A program made the translations under genes and the position numbers. Shown piece by piece: positions 57,301 through 64,000 of a stretch of DNA of 64,000 nt. The stretch's first letter is position 1. Every line of letters begins with the position of its first letter. The notes beneath the pieces were generated by a model. The model was not told the DNA's origin. It did no database searches and was given only the letters and a program-made list of their open reading frames with translations. This DNA is from Paraspadella gotoi (taxonomy: Eukaryota; Animalia; Chaetognatha), in the NCBI GenBank assembly GCA_051294375.1, contig CM119265.1, positions 18,524,631-18,588,630 on the forward strand, written 5' to 3'.

Positions 57301-59591
57301 CATTTCGGCGGCGTGGACGCCTGAGGAAAAAGCCAAATTGTTCCAAGCCATCGGTTACGATGAAACATCAGGTAATTTCGCCCTTTGTACTGATACGAAA
57401 ACACTTATGTCGGAAAGAAACTTCAGTGGATTCGTTCATCAGTTTATTCATCAGGAGATTCATATATGAACGGACATTTATATATTTACGGACTGACGAA
57501 AACACTTGATTAAACTCGTGGCGGAGTCACTTTTCTTCATTTTTTGCTTTCAAATTTTAACCGTTAATTTTCCACGCTGATTGTGTAGTTATATGACATA
57601 AAAATAGTGAAATGACTTTCGTTTCGTAAAAATAAAATGTTTGTAATAAAAAGTCAGTTTGATGATTTGTTATCACAAAAGAAAATTTTCGTGTAAAACC
57701 TAACTTATTTACGAGTCGACTTTCATAATTTTTTTTCCCCAAGTTGAAATTTTTTTTTTTTAATATATTTTAAAGGGAAAACGTGATGATTATGATCGAG
57801 TATTATTCCTAATATAACAAGTTTAAGCAAACAATGTCGGATCTGCTTGGGTTAATTAAGCGGTAATCAGCTAATCAGGTAATAAATGATGATAATTCTT
57901 TCAATTTGTGATCCTAACTGATCATAACAGATCGTATCATACCAAATTATTAAGGGATTAAACTGAACCGTTATTAACTATTATTATTTTTTAAAATTGC
58001 ATCTTTTTTCAATTTAATTAATTAGGTGAGTAATCATAAATAATAAAAATTTAAGTCAACTTGACTTTGGTTTTTTTCATTCAAACTTATTTCTTTTCTT
58101 CGATTCCGTCAAAACTTGATATTCTGCTCAATCACACACTTTCCTACCCACACACAAAATTTTATCTCATTCTGTTAATCCAATTATTAATAATTCAAGT
58201 AATTATGAGTTAAAATAAGTAAAAAGATTCAAGTAAATGTGACTTATGTTTTTTAAATTTAAACTCATTTCCACTCGCACAATTCTATCGAAACTTTATA
58301 TTTAGCTCAATCAAATATTTTCCTACCGACACACAAAATTTCATTTCAATCCAACCATCCAATCATGAGTAATTGAAATTTTTTGCTAAGTGGGGACGGA
58401 CGGACGGACCTACTTACAGACGGACGGACATATTTTTTTTTTTTTTTTGCATAATTTATTATAATTTGATGTTCAGACATCATTTAAGTCAAAGACTGAC
58501 AAAATTGTGAGAACGGACCGACAAAGTGAATTATAGAGTCGGAATCTGCTGATAAGCAGATCCGACCAAAAAAAAAATATTCTGGTTCATGATACATATA
58601 CTACTAAAAAATTACTCATTTTAATAGAAACTTAAGGATCAATAGTAAAGTCCTCTTCAAAAGGAAAAATTTTGCTTCTTCAGAAATTTACCATCTCTTA
58701 TTACATACAGATAGAGATGAGCATCGTTCGAATCGAAGCTCCGATCAAGATTCCTTATATTCACTTCTATTCAAAACTGCATAGTCACGGCCCAAAAAAA
58801 TTATATCAATATGGGCAGATTTCGAAAGCTTGCGTCTGGGAAGCCAATGGAGGTAGAGCGCGATCAAAATCCCATTTTATCATGCCCAAAAATGGTATTT
58901 AAATAGACTGGTCAGGTCGTTTTTCCCTATTCCAAGAAAACCTCCTGGCTCTTGAGTAAAAAAGACCAAATCATACATATTAGTACAGTTTCCGAAACCT
59001 ATTGTCTTCTCTACATGATGAAAAAAAGCAAAATTAAAATTCTTGCAATCTTAATTGCTTGATAAAGCAATCAAATGAACTGGTTTTTTAGGTGAAAACT
59101 GCATAGTCAAGCCTTCATTTTTTTCAATTTTGAACACAATTGACAGAAACTGTATTGATTTTACTATTCAAATCAGGTAGAGCGCGGGCTTAATTCAAAA
59201 GCGTTTTCTCATAAAATGCAAATTTAAAAAAAGTCCAATAAAAACTTATTAAAAACAAAAATCGTCGCCACAGTGTTGCTTTTGAGTCCCAAATGCTAGA
59301 AAAATAAATTTTTAATTTTTTTATATTATTATATAATATATAAAAATATTTATATAAATATAGTTATAGTTTTAAAATTAAATTTTTTATTCAATCTGAG
59401 AAAGGTAATACTATATATTATATATATATGTATAAAAAAATATATATTTACAATAAAATTAACTAATTTTTTAAACTGCGAGTTTTTTTTATTATAGTAA
59501 ATTAAAAAATATAAGATTAAAATAAAATTTTAATTTTAATAAAAATAAATAATCATATTAATATAATAATTTAAAAATTTAATTTTTTAAT

Positions 59592-59627
<36 letters not shown>

Positions 59628-59694
59628 TTATAATAATAATAATAAATAAAATAAATTTTTTTTTTTAAATTTTATTTTTTTAATTAAATTATTA

Positions 59695-59741
<47 letters not shown>

Positions 59742-62700
59742 ATCTGATAATAATATTATATTTTATTATAAAATAATTTTATTTTATTTATTATTTTAAT
59801 ATTCAAATAATTTTTTAAAAAAATATTTTTATAATTCATATATAATAAAAAATTATTTTTAACTGAACAGGATTTTTCTGAAAAATTCAGGCCCAGGATC
59901 TCACTGTGCGCCGGTTCTAAAGCTTAGTACTACGCATAGTACTAATCTTTGTTGGATCAAAACGAGCTCGATTTTAAAGAAAAGTTGATCGGTTTTAAGA
60001 GCGATTTTTGCGATTGCTTTTTGGCGATTACTTTCGAACGGATTGTCGGATTATGATGAAATTATGCTTGTAGATAATGTTTGCAATTGTTTATCGAACG
60101 CTACCAAATTTGATATAAAATAATGAGTTGTTTAGAAACGATGCTCATCCCCAATACAGACTATCCTAGCTTAGAATGTTACGAAATAGTGGTAAAAAAA
60201 GTCAAGTATTTTTCTATTAGTATGAAAAAAATTTATAACCTTATCGCTCTTTGTTTCGATTATATATCTGATATTTTTACTCGTTTTTTACTCACAGACG
60301 ACGTCACCAGTGATCGTCCCTTAGATTACGAGGAATTCGTCCTTAAATTCAAGCTATCTTCTTTCTGCCTTCACCTTATCTGTGATACTGCGCCTAAACC
60401 TTACCAAGTCAGTCTTTTGAAGTTCTGATCTCAATTTGCCTTTGTCTGCCTCATTATTAAACTCTTTTTAACCCGTTAGTTGTCCAAAGTCATCCTTCGT
60501 GAAACTGTGTCCAGCTTGTCCGTGCGGACGTCCAACAATGGCATTCGGCTTAGCTTGGACATAACCGACGTCCATATCACTGGCAAGGGTCCTATTCGAT
60601 GTATTGATGCGACGTCGGCAGAGGCGGTTGCTGCTTCGCTCGTTCGCCCCGTCGACGAATTGACCGTTCAATCCAAGCCTCTTGTAGCAGTTGTGGTCCA
60701 GACAAAGCCGCTGGACCAGAAGGCGGATACCGTCATCCGCATCGAAATGTGCTCTTTCGAGGTCAACATGGACATCCACACGGCCGAGGCCGCCATTAAC
60801 TTCATGGAACCCATGAAAGTACGTACAATTTTTTTATTTGGCATGCAACAAGGGGATGACCATTGATTACAAATTATTATTTATTACTTCGCTGAAACTC
60901 TGACGTTCTTCACGGTATGATATGACAGAACAGTACGTTCACGGATCGTCTTGAGGCGGCGGCACGCGACGTCAAGACGAACATAAAAAATGCCTCGGAA
61001 ATCGCTATGAAAGAAGCCATCGAAAGCCACGGTTTCGTCAAAATAGACGTTCTTATCAAACCTTCCTGCGTGATACTCGCTGGTAAATGAAATTTTTTTC
61101 GCGCCTTTAATTCCGTTCTCATATCGCCTCCTTTTGTCCAGAAAAGGGAGTTTTCGACGAAAAGCTCCACAAGATGCTCGTCCTTCAATTGGGTCAGCTG
61201 CATCTTAGGTCGGAACACAACGGAATAGATCCCTCTGAAGCTGAAAGTCTTGATTTCGAACAATTGAAGTCTCGAGCCTATGACAGATACACTTTAGACA
61301 TGGAAAGCCTGCAAGTCATGGCGGCCAACCCTGGAGATCCTTGGAGAGATAGATTAAAGGCTGGTATGTGTCAACTTGTTTTTTTTTTGTCCTAACTACT
61401 AACTATTTTTTTTTCTATTGCTTTTTTTTTATTGTCGTCGTTAATTTTATGGCATGTTTGATAAATTAAACTAGGTGACTGTCATAAATTTTTCTTTTTT
61501 TATGAAATTGGTACAACCAATATAACCAATATTATATTTCAGGTAACTCTTCTATGCATGTCTTGCCCGCCACATCGGCACAACTCCAACTCGGGAAATG
61601 TCTGTTGAATACCGATCCGCGTCTCGCCAAAATTCAATTATCTGGAAAACTACCTTCATTACAGGTTCATGGAGAAGTTTGATTTCTGGTCACTGGCCAA
61701 TAATTTTTATAATTTTTATATTGGTTGTACCAATTTTATAAAGGCGTTGATAATTTTTTCAATTTTATCAGCTATTCGTCAGTCCGATGGTTATCAAAAT
61801 TATAGGAGAGGTGATTATCAGCATTCCGTTGGACAAAATTCAAATGTCAGCGATGGAACCTGAACAGGAAGAATACCCTGACACCAGAGATTTTGGAGAA
61901 ACAAGAAAGAAGATGTTGAAACGAGGTTTTCAATCCAACCTTCAGCCTATAGAGGTTAGGGTTGATGCTGTTATCCTTTTAATGATTCCTCTTAGTCCTA
62001 ACGACTTATGCATTTTTTAATTTGGCAACACTGATTGATTCTTATGCTTCTTGGATTTGTGGTGATGTCTATTTTTATTTTTCATCTTTAAAATTATATT
62101 TTTTCATAAATACTTTTGTACATGTTTTTAGAATCGCGCTCAAAAGCTCTGGAAGCAGGGTTTGAATAGGCAGCGTGTTATAAATCGGTTTCACAAAATC
62201 ATAATGGTATTATAAATGTTTTCGTGTTAAATTTGTATAATATGTACATAAACAGTGGTAATTTTATATTCCATGGGAACTGGGAAATCTAAATTTTTGT
62301 TGCGCCGTTTCATATGAATCTTTAATAGAGCAAACGTCTACATAGTACCTACTGTGGTGGACTAAAATCCAGCAACCGTTCATCAGTGACCATTGGTGCA
62401 GGAGGCTAGTCATTCCCCTCCTAACCCAAAGGTCCGGGGTTCTAGCCGGGTGGTCGCCTCGCAGTTAAAAGGGACGGGGCACTTAACCCGCCTGTAACAC
62501 GGTGTTACAGCCTGATTCAAAGCTCAGAGACTGCTGATATAGAATGGTTCTGTCACTAACTCATAACAATTATTACTGTCTCTTCATTGGTGAGCTCGAC
62601 TTTCGAACATAGCAACAACAACACTTTCAGGTGACATGCTTTAACCTGGCAACGCACTTTCTGCCAACAACACATCAGGCGACATGCCTCAACTTGGTGA

Positions 62701-63518
62701 CGAACTTTCCACAACCAATTCACTGAAGAGACGCAACAGACTTATCCCTAGGGGAGGGGGGATGTATGGTGGATTAAAATCCACAAACCATTTATCAGCG
62801 GCCATTAGTGCAGGAGGCAAGTCATTCGCCTCCCAACCGAAAGGTCCAGGGTTCTGTCCCGGTGCTCGCCTAGCAGTTAAGAGGGATGGGGCGCTTAACC
62901 CGCCTGTAACACGGGGGTTACAGCCTAATCCGAAGATCAGGGACTGCTTATAATTATATTGAACGGTTCTGTCACTAACTCATAACATTTATTACTGTCT
63001 CTTTAGTACATATGAATACATGCAACTTCTCTGGTAACGCTTTAAAAAAAGAATTCTATTACCGTCTGACTTTTTTGGGTTCGTTTGTTCGTACACTAAA
63101 TTGTTGTTTATAGTGAAAAATTTAAGGAGCCTGCATTGGGAAATTTAGGGCGACACTTTACTTTCTATAAACGCATGAATACTCGAGCTTTCTTTGATAT
63201 AGTTTGCGGTCAAAATATTTTCTGTTTGTTCACGTTCTCAATTCTTTTCCTACTAGGAACGACCCAATTCTCACAAGGCCAACCTGATAAGCGCCGAGCA
63301 CTTGTTGGCCGTGGACGCGGCGACGACCCGTCGTAAAATCAGTATCATGCCGAAGATATTGGACGAAGACGAAGACGAAGTTGACGAGGCCGCGACGGCC
63401 ACGGAAGCGCCTTCGTCGTCGCTGCTCGAAAAGAAAGAATCGCTGGAGGAAGAAGTTACAGACTTAGAATTCGAGATGGAAATCGTCCAACTTCGATTGC
63501 TGTATTCCAACGTTCTTG
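54309..63518 (+). CDS. VPS13: Vacuolar protein sorting 13 A/C-like lipid transfer protein, 5' part; continues beyond window
   Basis: Chorein_N start [130 protein letters not shown]; about 17 in-phase GT-AG exons traced to 63518. Confidence 0.93.
54989..54998. other. Assembly gap (10 N)
   Basis: Run of n inside a repeat copy, flanked by duplicated AGATCT.AAAAAAAAATTTT. Confidence 0.99.
57830..58575 (+). mobile_element. Non-autonomous Helentron/DINE-1-like element
   Basis: Subterminal inverted repeat GTCGGATCTGCTT / AAGCAGATCCGAC, (GGAC)n tract ~58394-58430, 3' hairpin and A-run. Confidence 0.7.
59590..59740. repeat. (TAA)n / (TTA)n inverted microsatellite
   Basis: (ATA)n array followed after a short spacer by (ATT)n, in near-pure AT sequence. 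Confidence 0.85.
62354..62580 (+). mobile_element. tRNA(Gly-like)-derived SINE
   Basis: Acceptor-stem pairing GTGACCA (62386) / TGGTCGC (62451-62457), A-box-like TGGTGCAGGAGG, B-box-like GGTTCTAGCC; three copies in window. Confidence 0.8.
62765..63000 (+). mobile_element. tRNA(Gly-like)-derived SINE, second tandem copy
   Basis: GCGGCCA...TTCGC-CTCCCAA-CCGAA (CCC anticodon-like loop)...GGGTTCTGTCCC...TGCTCGC, then the shared body. Confidence 0.8.
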
Positions 63519-64000
63519 GTATTTTCATTCTTTGGCTTATGCTACATGGGTGGGGACCATAAATCTGGACAAAATTTTAAAAAATCATTACTCTATTGTT
63601 AAGGATTTTCGAAATATGAATAAAGATTCAAATTATGCTCTTTCTTAACTTTTAGCCGATACATTAATTGTTTTGAATTTCTTTGATAAAATACTTATTT
63701 TGATGCAACAAATCCAACTGCTCTGTTTTCTCCGCGCGGTTTGGAAGAAAACTGTTTGATTACTTATTGTTTAATCACAATGTCTACAAATCCAATTCTA
63801 AAAAATGCCATATAAAATTATTAATAAAAATGGTTATTTATAATATAAGAATGATTTTGGATGGTATGCATTATATTTTTGTAAAAAAAATATTGAGGTA
63901 GTAGGGAAGGTTCGGGTAAGTTACTATTATAGTCCAATTAGCTGAAATTAAATGACATTAAAGAGAAGACATACTAATATTTTTCAGTGGTTATTTTTGA

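Noticed and set aside
62386-62869. Functional tRNA-Gly genes
   Set aside because: Degenerate T-loop/B-box and mismatched stems, each followed by a shared repeat body; these are SINE heads.

Overview
AT-rich eukaryotic (metazoan-type) genomic DNA with GC-richer exons, many short (~60-90 nt) spliceosomal introns and abundant non-autonomous transposons. Left half: a long minus-strand WDR47 (nemitin) gene starting at 34190 with at least 18 traced exons, its last exon beyond the left edge. Two genes are nested in its introns: antisense PNPLA8/iPLA2-gamma, and a same-strand C2H2 zinc-finger gene whose N-terminus resembles a degenerate SRF-type MADS fold. Right half: a tightly packed plus-strand cluster DTD1 - AIMP3(EEF1E1) - NUP58 - XRN1, then the 5' part of VPS13A/C. 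Main finding: the DTD1 and AIMP3 exons join in one frame through a 79-nt GC-AG intron, predicting a 343-aa D-aminoacyl-tRNA deacylase fused to the GST-like scaffold of the multi-synthetase complex. It lies in what looks like an operon (146-186 nt between CDSs). All gene models and homology calls were made by eye from motif recall; no searches were run.
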